Both the position numbers and the translations under genes were made by a program. From contig OZ059898.1 in assembly GCA_964057225.1 (NCBI GenBank), forward strand, positions 8,804,001 through 8,868,000: DNA of 64,000 nucleotides, in the 5' to 3' direction. Position 1 is the stretch's first letter. Each line of letters begins with the position of its first letter. The notes beneath the pieces are model-generated. The model did not search any database. It was not told the DNA's origin and saw nothing but the letters and a program-made list of their open reading frames with translations. The DNA comes from Auanema rhodensis. Its lineage: Eukaryota; Animalia; Nematoda. Below, piece after piece: positions 43,901-57,000 of the stretch.

Positions 43901-46900
43901 AATAATAACTTTTATTTTTTAAAACTATGATAATGAAAATATGATCATTACTTTTAATTTGTATAAATTAGTATAAATAACTGTTTCTTATTTACTAATT
44001 TAAACATAATTTTTAAGTTATCAAATTATTTTCAATAGTTTATAATTCATTCTAAAGTTAAGTAAAAGCAAATTAATTATTTTTTTAACAAATTAAATAT
44101 TATTTTGTTTTTCTTGAAAAAAAAATTTTTATAATGTGACGAAGATGAAAATAAAAGATTTAACATCAAAGAACTTGATAGTCGTCTTTTAAGAATCTGA
44201 AATTGTTCATCTGTTTATGCTTCTATGCCAAATTATAACTTTTTTTTTTCATAAACCATTCTTTGAAAATATAATTAAATTTGATTCAAAAAGACCCACA
44301 GTTTGCAATAATTATATTAAAGATCCATGTAGTTGATACCTTATTCAGTTTTTTTTAAATTTTTATTATATATGAACACACATGATTTTATAAATTCATA
44401 TATATATATATAGTATATAGTATATATCAAATCTATAGATGTGAATGAATAAAAGAATCTAATTGATGTTGGTTTCACAATAATTTTAAATTTAACTATG
44501 TGTTTAAGATATTTTCATCAATGTAATTGGCTAAATCATAATTTTTTCGTCATTTGAACGATGACGAAAAGGAAAAAATTATAATTGATAGTATATTAGT
44601 ATCTAATAATATATTATGACATATATATTTTGTAAATATATATATATACATATATATAATATTATATTTATGTATATACATATATGTATATATCATACTT
44701 TAATAATGAAAATCAAATAAGATAACTTAGAATTAAAGTTATTTTGTTTTAATTTTCAAAATAATATTGAAATGCTGAATATTTCTTGTATGGAAGTTTT
44801 CAATTTCAAAATATTCACCTTTAAAATAGAAATATTCCAACAAATATTTTTGGCTATTTATATATATTTGTATGTATATTTATGAATTATATAATATTTT
44901 GATAATTATTTATTAAAGAAAAATAAAAAAAAAAGAAACAATTACATAGCAATCACATAACAATTTGTTGATTTATTAAGGACTGAAATTTGTATTTCTA
45001 AGACTTGGTCAAGCCGCCTGGTGCAATGACAAAGTTTTAAAAATATAAAAATAAATTTTTGATTTTTTTGATTTTTATGCCAATTCGTCTACAAACCCTG
45101 ATCAAAAATGTTCAATTTTACAAAAAAAAAAACAGAAAAATTGATAGAAAAACAGGATAAAGCCAGATGAAATAAGACGAAAATATGTATTTTACCCGTA
45201 TATATATATGTTGGTAGTAAAACAAACATTTTAGATTAATAATACAAAAAGAAAAAAAATCAGATCTATATTGAATATATTTTGCATATTTATGATAAAT
45301 TTTACTTAACAAATCCGTATAAGAATGGATTAATTAATGTAATTAAAAACTGCATATCTTTGAAGACGTTCGCATGAACACTCAGATCTCTGAAAATAAA
45401 AAGTTTTTCTTTGTTTCTTGGTTAAGAATATGCTTTCAAGAAAATTGTTTATACGTACCTATATAATTGCTCGTTGATATAATTCATTAAACCTAAAGCA
45501 TTATATGGGAACCAAAACAGCAAATGTGTTACGACAACTAGCAATGTTGTTCGAAATATTTTGTTTCTCATCTGTTTTCTCCAGCCAGGTCTAATTGGTG
45601 TATAAGCTGTTGCTGAAAACAAAATATTAATTATAATTATAGATGTTGAAAACTATATGAGAACTATATTTTATTTTATTGTTTTACCTGAAGTGCTTTG
45701 AAATTGTACGATGGGAACTCTTGGTGAAGAGCATGACGTCGTATTAGCTGGTCTACGTACTTTTTCGAGAGCAAACTAAAAAGAAAATATTTTATCATGT
45801 ATATCTGGACAATCTTTCTATTTTTTGCAGAATTATATTTAGATATTTCTTTCAAATATTATAAAAATAAAAATAAAAAAATATATATATACGAATTCAA
45901 AATAAATAAAAGAAAAATATAAAACTAAAAATTAATTTTTTTCTTATATCAATATTTTTCTTTTTTTTCTTTTTTTCCTCAAAACTTCAACGTTGAAGAA
46001 AAATTACTTCTTTTCAAGTAAAAAAACAATAGAAATTACTTTTTTGATAGACATTCGAATAGAAGTCCTTGTAGTAACTGTATCTCCATCTTCTGAAAAT
46101 TATTTTATTTATCTTTTATTATAAATATTAAAATATTTTATTGGTATTATGAGATTATGCGCATATACATGTATGTACATACCTGTGATCTGTTCGGAGT
46201 TGATACATGGTTCTCGTGCAGTTTCCTGAAAGAATAAGTTTGATTCAATTAAAGTATTTCGTCAACATTTAAATTTGTTCAAAGTAAAAACGTAAAAAGT
46301 TGATGAAAATATAAGAAATTCATATACAATACCTGGCCATTCACTCTTCCAACAGCATAAAGTCCCAATTTCATTGCAATTATAACATAACATATAAGAA
46401 GAACAATCATTGGACCCCAAAATACTGTAAGCTAAAAAACCAAAATATGATGTCATAATAAGAATATTTGTTAATTAAATTAATAATATAAATTATTATT
46501 ATTATATTTATATATTATTTCGTTAACAAACTAACCAAGTGTGAAATGTTATAGAAATCTTTTGATCCATCTAATGACAGCAATGCTGATTCTAACTGAG
46601 TACCTGTTACTCTAAACAAAATTTTTTTTATTATTTATAATAAAAATATAAAAATCATTTGCTTACTCATGTATTTGCCATACATCTGTGCATTGATACC
46701 ATCCCTCTGGATTTTCAGGAGCCAAGTTGAATGTATCAAAAACAAAAAATTGTGGTAATGCACAGAGAGCTCCCATAACCCAAGCTATTGAAGTCATTAG
46801 AGTAACAGGATTAATCTGAAAAAATGGAGCAAAATCAAGAAAAAAACAAAGTATTTAATGTATTAAAACATTCTAATTATAACATTATTATAAAAATTAA

Positions 46901-49900
46901 AATATACCCGTTTATATGATCTATATGGCTTATGTGCTGTCATAACATTCTTTAGTCGATCAACAGCAATACAAACGACTATATTCGATGATACATATAA
47001 GGAGCAGATTGAAAGATATTGATATAACCTTAAATAGAAATTCTATTTTATCAAAGAAACTTTTTTTTTGAACGAACGAACCGACACGCAATAGATCCAA
47101 ATGCCCAACGATATGTATAAAGCCATACTAGTTTACCACCAGCTAATGTTAAAAGAAAAATATCAGAAATATTCAGATTTATTTTCAAAATTAAGAATCC
47201 TCCCTAAAATTAAAATAATTAAAATTTGAATGTTTTATAACAATTTCTAAAATATTAAAATCTTGTTAAGGGGATGAAGGTAATTATTTCTTTTTACATC
47301 GACTTCGCCCTTAGCTATTGAAAAAGAAGGTGAAATATGCATTTAAACTTACTTTAACAGAATCTTTTTGAGTTCTTGGCAATTCTTTTAACAGTTTAAC
47401 TAGAATATATATATTTGATGGTAATCCAATTAGTATAATAAAGAATAATGCTGCCATTTCAATATAGTCTCCAAGTAAAACAGTAGGAACCATCACTGTT
47501 GTGAGAGTTGTAGAATTTGGTTCCATATCCATCTCCTCTCTCTCTTTTTCCTTTTCCTCTTTGAAATATTCCAAAAAATATTGGAATGTTAGAGAAAAGA
47601 AAAAGAGATAAGAGTGAGGAAAGAGACTAGCTCTATATCAGAGCTGTTGAGAAATCTGAAAAACTAACGTATGGCGTCATGTTCTTTTATAAAAAAAAAA
47701 GAAATCAAAAGACAAGACACTTCAACACAATAATTATTATTTTGAAATAAAAAAATTAACAAAAAAAGGAAGTGCAGAATTATTTGTAACGTAAAGTTGT
47801 TGTGGAGATGAAAATCATTGTTAGGAAATCTTTCGTTTACAAAACGTTGTTTATGAAAAAAACTCAATTTTTTCATCCCCAAATACTAGAATCTCAACAT
47901 TATATGTTTCTAAATAGAGTAATTACTCATATATTTAAATATTTTTTATAAAAAATTTTAAAAAACGAATTAAACAAAACTTTTAATGTTGTTCAACATT
48001 GTATATAACTAAGACCTGTTTATAAAACAAAAGAAAAGAAAAATTGATAAATTAAACTTATTTTCAATCTGCTTTTTGAATAAAAAAGGAAAAACGTAGT
48101 GAGATGAATTAGCCCAACCCCTGTCTACTTTTCTCCTCCCCCTCTCTATTTCCCTCTCTCTATCTCCCTCTCTCTCGCTCTCTCTTTCTCTTTCTCTCTC
48201 TCTCTCTATCTCCCTCTTTCTCTCTCTCTCCTCATTTTTTCTAGCTTTGAACTTCTCCCTAGAGGCAGACTAAGTAAGCTTTTCCTCATATACTATGTCC
48301 TCTAAATTCATTCTCATTATAAGTGCTGATTGTTGATCTTATTATCATTCAATGATTATTTTAATTTACAAAAAAAAATGTAATATGACATTTAGAAGAA
48401 ACTAGTTGCACCTAATTTCTAATAAGAAATTAAAGTTTTATTCATCTATATAGTTAGATATATAGATATCATTACGTCATTATTGAAAAGGAAACATTAT
48501 ATTTATTATATATTATACGTATATATATATATATATCTATCTATGTATATGAATTGAATGATCAAGTTATGGACTCAAGATGAAACGTTTTGTAACCAAT
48601 CTCTTGAGCTTTCTCAAGAAAATTCTGACTGCAAATCATTAGATTATGAAGTAGAACTATTCTATTTAAGTTCAAATAGATCATTCTTCTTAGTATATAT
48701 TTCTCTGATTCAATAATAAATTTAACAACTATTTTCAAAGTTAAACACACGAGACCAAAAGATAGAAAAGATAAATGAATGATTTGTGTTCATAACATTG
48801 AAGAAATCATATAAAACTACAATATTAATGAAACACAACAAGTGCTATTAATACTTTTTATTAATAACTTTATATAAAATAGAAATAACACACGTATAAC
48901 CTAACTTATTCTCGAAACAAAATCTTTTTTTTTTGTTCAATGATTTAATAAATCAAAAAGCAAACATTTTTTATTTAAATTTGAAAAAAAACATTTTTCA
49001 AAATTAATTATTAACTCATTTATAATATTCAATGTATTCTCATGTTTGGTTAGCTAACTATGATATTGCTTGATTAAATCGAAGAAAATGATTTTTGTTT
49101 TGTTTTGATTTGATTATGATCTTCATTATCAAATACTATACTATAAACTGTACATTTATATAATATAATATATATAGATAAATACATAAATATATCTTTA
49201 GATGTATATTCGTTGACTCGAAACGAAAAAGTCTATTATATTCAATGAGACAACAAATTAAATTCATTATTTATAAAACAAAAGAATCATTTTACATCTG
49301 TTTAATGTTAATGATATATGTTTATTTTTAGCTATATCGATTATAATATAATAAGATTTTAAAGGTTTCAATTATTTTTGAGTTTAAGTAGTCAATTAAT
49401 ATCATCATGGTTCAAGCTTATGACTAAAATAAAAATAAAAAAAGATATTTTGATCAGAAATGAATTTCAAAAATTGGTAATATTCACATGAAAAAGGCAA
49501 TGAATGAAGAAGTATCTCTGTTTATAATCAGTCTGGAAGACAGAGAGTAATATTGAGAAGATCATCATTTGTACTATATGGCTTATTTTGTTTTTGAAGC
49601 CTCAATTAATGAAAATTCGAAAAAAAAAAATAAAAAATAAACAAAATATATATTTGTTTGTTAAAATTAAAAAAATAAATATCTGTATATATATATACAG
49701 ATATTTATTACTATACATATATTTATTTATTTAATAAATAGATGATATTGAGTAAGGTGATAGGGATATATTAGAGCAATAAGTTAGCATGAGCTTATGA
49801 TTTATGAACTTTTAACGGAGTGGATTTTTAGACTTTTATAGGAAGGATGCTGAGAGAGATATACATATAAAGAATAATGTAAGTAGAATTAGAGAAGAAA

Positions 49901-52607
49901 AAAAACGATGAGATTTCATGATCAGAATGGATTTGGAATGAAATGTAGAAGTTTTCTGAGCGAATGAAACAGATGAAAGATTGCTCATGACATGTGAGAC
50001 AAGAGTATTAGAGATTGGATATCAACTAGATAGAAAAGTAATAAAAATAGTAAAAACGAGATTATGACGGCCATGCTGTTGAACAACATGATGAAAATTT
50101 TGAAAAAAAATGGTAAAAAGGTTTCTCAAGTAGATAGACGACATAGAAGTCTTATATACGAAGCTTGCAAAATCGCCCGCCTTTTTTTTTGCCAACGCAC
50201 TCCTCCTCTTCTGTAGTTTTAAGTACAGCGATTAGAACAATGGAATTCTTAATTTGTCATCTTTTTTTGTTCAAAAATTACATTTAAGGGAAAAAAAGTT
50301 CAACAACTATCGTGCAAAAGGTTGAAAGGTTATTAGAGTACAGAAGGTAAAACATAGCACTCAAGTTGAAGATGCTTTTATGTAAATGAACTTTTAGATA
50401 TTAAATCCAGTTGAATTAATTGATATTTATTTATGAATTAAATAATCATTTTCATTATTTCATATAAAAATCTTTCAAAATAGTTTGTTTAGAGTTGAAT
50501 TTCCGTTTTTTCAACCCCAACATTCACATGCCTAACGTGTGAATTATAACAAAACAAGTGATAGTATGTCTATTCTATAAAGTGCTCATGGTTTGTTCAT
50601 TTTGAAATGTCTGAAAAGAGGAAGCAGAGAAGGGGGGTGGAGTGGTGGTAGTAGGAAGAGGAAGAAGAAATGCAACTGAAATTCAAGACTTTAAGTAATT
50701 TACGAGTTATCTACGAGACAAGCATGAGCTGCAAAATTTCATGATGCCTTCCTTCATCAACTTCTTGTCTATATTATTTATTTTGGAAGAATTATCAAAT
50801 TGTATTTCGTCATGAATGCTCATTCTATTTTTTTCATCTTGAAATCGTAATATCAAGGACATGACATAGATGAATATCAAGACATATTCATAAAAGTTCT
50901 AATTTCTATTGAAAATGATGATGATCTATCATTTAAATTATAAAATTTGAGAACATTTATTTGATAAAAAGCACATGAATTTCTATATTTTTTGAAATTA
51001 AAAATAGATATGAACATCATTTTGGAAAGAAATTATTATATCAGACATGTGTATATTGGTGGCATTCGTGCTACTTATAAGCTTAAGGATGAGCGAATTT
51101 CGAAATTTTGCAAATTTTAATTTTAAATGAGAAAGATTCTTACAAAATTTGTGTTCCGTTCATTAATTTAATCTTGGTGATTAGTATGAGTCTTGATGAA
51201 CACGGAGAATAGAAGATCTGATTCATTAAGCTTATATTGATTTGAGAAAATATAGTATAATATTTTAATTATAATAACATAAATAATAATAATAATAATA
51301 AGTTTTAGAAAAAAAAATATTAATATGCAATAGTACAACATTAATGAAATATCATCATTTGCCATCATCAAAAGAATGCGACATCTTTAGCGGAATGCCT
51401 AACACAACAAAACATTTTTGTTTTGTGTGGAATAAACAGCATTTAATGAATAACATAAAGGATAAAAAAGGAATAATTTAAGGCAAATTTTATTTATTTA
51501 TTTATTTTGGGTTTTTTTAGCGTAATTAAGAAAACTTTTTTTTATGTATCGAAAAATTGTTGATCAAGAGCACAATTCTTTTTTCTTTGCTAGATTGCAT
51601 CCAATGCAACTACGATCTCTGGTCATTTTAAAATAGTAAAACAAAAACCTTAATATTAGCTAAAACGTTGGAAGAAATCAAGAAAATTGAGAAGAAAATA
51701 GGACAATTCAGCTTCAAAACATGAATTGACAAGAAGATAGTAAGTAGTAGCGTATTCTTCAGATAAAACTGACTTATACGACTATTCTTGAGCAATTTAT
51801 AGTTTATTTGTTATTTGATACTGATGAGCATTGTAGGAAATTAAATTTTAAATAACATTTCTGATAAGTTTTCCAAGATAAAATGAAGGAACTAAGAATA
51901 TAGGGGGATTTGTGAAGAAAACAAAAACAAAAAAAGCAATATGAGATTTTGCGATGCGAATTCATAGTTTTCCTTTATATGCTCATTAGACTTCAGATTA
52001 TTCCGGATAAAGAGAAGTAAATCAACATCTGAATAAGCATATTGTGACTTGTTGTCTGATTTTAATGTTATTACTTTTATTTTTAGTTAAGGACTTCAAA
52101 TGATAAATGTATACATTTTAAAAACAAAAAACAAAAAAATATAATATATATAACATATAATATGTATAATATATTTTTATTATAGTAGCTTCATCAATGG
52201 CTTCATAATAGAATACAGAAGATTCATAGCCATGCCCTTTGAAGTCGGGTCTTCCACGATAATTTGCGGAACCGATAAATATTTTGTTCCGATGGCATTT
52301 CTGAGGAAGAAAACGACAAAGATTATGAAGGCATAATAATGTAAAAGCATAAAGGTTGAAACCTGCATGACGAATTGGTCAAAAGGGTCAAGAGAGGGAA
52401 AGGGCGAGAGAGAAAAAGAGAGAGAGTGAGTGAGTGAGAAAGAGAAAGAACCAAAAGAAAAAGAGAAGTGTAGAGAAATATTGGCTTATGACTCCGGTGA
52501 AAGCTCTCACTCAACTTTTGGTTACAATATCAGCGCTATTCATACCCTTCAAATTCAGCTCGTGTGCTCTGCTCTCCCTTGCTCTTTTATTCTCTTTCTC
52601 TCTTATA

Positions 52608-52652
<45 letters not shown>

Positions 52653-53991
52653 TTCTCTCCATCCCTCTCCCTCTCCCTCTCTTCCTCTATCTTGTTCTTT
52701 TAGTTTTAGCTTTCTTCTGTCTTTTATAACCTCTTTCTCTCTTTAAACTTTTCTTCTCTTCTCTTTGATCATCCTTGCCCTCTTCTTTTGCCTCCGTGAA
52801 CAAATTGTTTTCAATTCTGATCACGCGTTGTCGACATGAAGATGAAGTAATTTTGATGGCATAAGTATGGTGATAATAGAAATACATAAGACAATAATAG
52901 AATGAAAAGAAATAAGAGACTTAGTTATACTGTAAACTTATTTGCAAATTTAATTCTAATTAAACTTGCCTGTACTTGTATACCAAATAATTTTATGGAG
53001 AGATGATAGATTAAATGTAGTAACTGAAAATTACAAACAACTTTAACAAAAAAAGAAACAGTAGTAGAACTTTTATGTTTTCATTTTAAATTATCAAGAA
53101 ATTCTGTCTGATATCATGAAGTACTAGAATTTCGAGAATAGTTTTTGTTTTCTCTTAAAATTGATGATTTGCATGAGACTATGAGAGAAATAGAAAAATC
53201 TTTTTTTTTCTAGAAACAAACCATGTTTACACATATTCCCATATCATTGTACACACATGCATTCATGTATAATTTGAAAACAAAACAGATCTTTTATTCT
53301 GATCAATACTAACTATTTGGTAATCAGGATAATTCATATATAACCTACGAGAAATATATATGTAATTCTTGATGAAATAATATTACTTTAGTATTTTTAA
53401 GAAGAAAAACAAGAAAAAAAAGAAATTTCTTTCTTTTTGAACTAATTCCTGGATTTGTCAATGAAATACAACGGAAAGCTATGTGAGAAGGATGATATTG
53501 ATACTTTCTTCAAATTGAGGAAGATAAAACTAGTTTTGAGTTAAGCGATAATAAGTCTTCTCGAAGTAGTTCTGTGATATTTCACGTCTCTCATGTCTAA
53601 ACGTCATTCACGTCATTCACGTCTTTCACGTCTTACATGTCAAATACAATTATCATTGTTAACTATGCAAACGCTTGAAGCTATTCTTTTCATCTGCTTA
53701 AAATATTTTTAAAAATTTGTCTCCAAACTTTAAGAAGATGAGTTATACATAGACATGTAAGAGAATTTACAAAAATTTACAGGTAAACAAGGCCATATAT
53801 ATGAAATTTGAAAATGAAATGAAAAGAAATAATATTAAAGTTAAAAAGAACAGTAGTTCTTTATAGAAAATATTCTTTCAATAAAAAGAAAAAAAATTTT
53901 TCTTTCAAATAACTGATCATATATATATACATATATGTATGTATATATAGATGTATGTATATATTATATGATATAATATATATGAATAAGA

Positions 53992-54046
<55 letters not shown>

Positions 54047-57000
54047 CATATCATATAATATATACATACATATATACAAAGATGTTGATATGATTTATAA
54101 GTTAACATAAGTTGTTTCAGATAAACTTTTTTCAATATTATCACAAGATAGTTGTTTATAAATACTAGAATTATATATAAGTTGTTATAAATAGTTAATT
54201 CTTTTAAAATTAAAACAAAATAAAAAACGAATACTCTTCAACGATTTCGAAAGAAAAATGATAGTAAGAACAACAACATTCGCATCAAACATCTTTTTCA
54301 AATTGATTTAATGGTCAATAATCCTTTTAAATTGATCCAACTTTTCTAAATTGTCAAATTTTCCTTGAAATCTCTTCATGTTCTTATTGAACTTTTCAAT
54401 TTTCATGATAATCACACACATATACATACATACACACACCCTCACTTTAGACTTTGATGCTGAACTAAGCAAATTACAGCCTTCGTTTTGACGAAAGCTT
54501 TCATACTCTCTCAGACGTTCTTTGTCTTGATTTTCATTTGAAATCCAATTTCAACCTTCAGCTTAAATCGTTATCTATAGTATTTTCAAACAAACTTTTC
54601 GTTTTCTTTTCAAATATACAAAATAACAAAAGATTTTGGTAATTGAATATTCAAAAAGCAGATAATTCAGATGAAGGGAACCCTTTTTGGAACAATAACT
54701 AGAAGTCAAAGGGAATGTCAAGTACTTTCTGAAACTATTTTCCATACATGTCCTCAACTATCTAATGATTTTAGAATAACGAAAAGCTTTTTTCTTTATT
54801 TTTCCCGTTTCATTTTCATTCTTTTTTCTTTTAAGACATTTTAGAGAGAACACATTGAAGCAGTTATTTTTACTTTTGCTTATACATAATTGAAAAAAAC
54901 TTGAACTATTGATTAATTTGAATCAAAAGCTTAGAAAATGTAATAATAGAAGAAAAAAGGATAAAAGTATACTTAAAAGCAGTAATTGGAAGAGGACATA
55001 CAATATTTTGTTTTCTTTAAGGGCATATAATTGGGTCTAATCTTATAAGAAATTAAATTTTTTAGAAACAAAATTTGAATAAGTAAAATGAATAACTAAA
55101 TATAATTATATGTATGTATATATGTTGAGGAAGTGGGTTCAAATATATGAATTATTCTTCATAACATTTCACTATTTATACATATATTTTACTTATTTTT
55201 CAAATATACTATATTTTTTTCCCTTTTCAATGAAATAAATGCATAAATGTATAATGCAGTTGATAAAATCGTGGACTATAACTCAATTTATAGAACCTCT
55301 CTCAAGCATTATTATTTATCAATTTTATTGTATTATGAAAGAATATAGTATATGAAGAACTTTCAATCAGACTTGTCTGCAATTTTATATTCTTCTAATT
55401 GAGTTTAATGAAATTAATATAGATTCTGCAGATGACACTTAATCAGTTTGAGCCCATATTTCCTATTTTTTAATATTATAATTGGATTCTAAAATGTCTA
55501 AATAATATTGTAATAATATAAACGATTGTGCTAAGGGAGTACTAATTTCAATAAAATTTATATATATTGTCTTATAGGCTTCAATTTTTTTTGGCATCTA
55601 AGGCTTACTCGAACAATATTTTCGTTAGCATTCAAATTTTTAAATGTGAATTGTGAAGTATGTATTAGAGGATAAGTAAAAAAAGAAAAAAAGACAAAGA
55701 GAAATACATATGTTTGAAAGAGGAAGAGAAATCTTTGAAGAATTGTTAGAGAACAAGCTGACAATCCAGGCATATATTCAACAGTTCTTTGAGATTGTAA
55801 AACCTTTTATAAAGACGAAAAGTACAAATGACAAGCAGAGATAAAGATAAATAAATTCAAGAAGTATTCATGAACATGCATACATGAAATCCCACACATG
55901 TGTGCGCAAAATTGGCAACATCTGAATTATTTAAAGAGTTATTTAAGAAATAGAATGAATAGACTGCAAAAGATATGGAAGAAATCATGAAAGGTATGAG
56001 AGAATAATGAGCACAATAGAATAGATATATACTTGTGTAGATTTGTAAGAAAAAAAGATCAAAGGGTGGGAAGAAAAGGGCGAACCATTCGAATTCTAAA
56101 AAAAACAATTTTTCATCAGTATCTTAGCCCTCTAAAAAGGCCAATAACGTCACAAGAGGTGATGATTGATGACAGCTCGAGGGGGCATACCAAAAATTAC
56201 ATGCTTGAAGGTTTTTTCGCTGCAAACTATGCAAGTAAATCTCTAATACTTATAGTTTGAAGGGCACAAGTGCGTATTCGACGAATTTGAGAGATCCGGT
56301 GTCATGTACAACGAAATCTATTTGCATTATATTTTGCGATAGCACTAATAAACATCTTTGAAAAAAGATATTCCTATATGTAGATTTTACTTTTCCTCAT
56401 CGTCATTTAATTATTTGCAAAAGAAATTCTTTCATCTTTTCGCAGCTTTGAAGAAATGAAAGATCTTTCTTTCAAAATAAAACAAGGTCGAAATATTTTC
56501 AAATATTCAAAAGTACAAAAAAGGTCAATAAGATGGAGGATTTATAGCATATTATTGTGTAGAAAAAATAATATACAGTTGTTATAGTATTAAATACTAA
56601 AGATTGCTTAAGTTATTTGTTGTCATAACACCTTACCCCCAAACTGTGCTATCAGATTTCGCATATATACATACGAATTCCAATGAAAACAATGAAAATA
56701 TTTTTCAATATCGAAATTTTAAACCAGTTAAAACCTTGTAGAAAATAGGTATTTTTCAGATAAAATGGCATTAATCAAGGAGAGCTAGTTAGTCAACATG
56801 AACCAAAAATAATCAAAAAATGTGAAATTTTGGTTTAAATAACATTTAATAAATGAAAAGAAATGAATAAGTATATATGTATATACAAGTAGAAAATGTA
56901 TTCAATACTATTACTAGATATTTATAAATGAGAAACAGGAAAATAAAAAGATAATTTAATCAAAAAATATTTTAAAAACTGTACTCTGTATATACATATA

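Noticed and set aside
53861-54079. YIYIYI ORFs (also 17978-18172)
   Set aside because: TA microsatellite artefacts.
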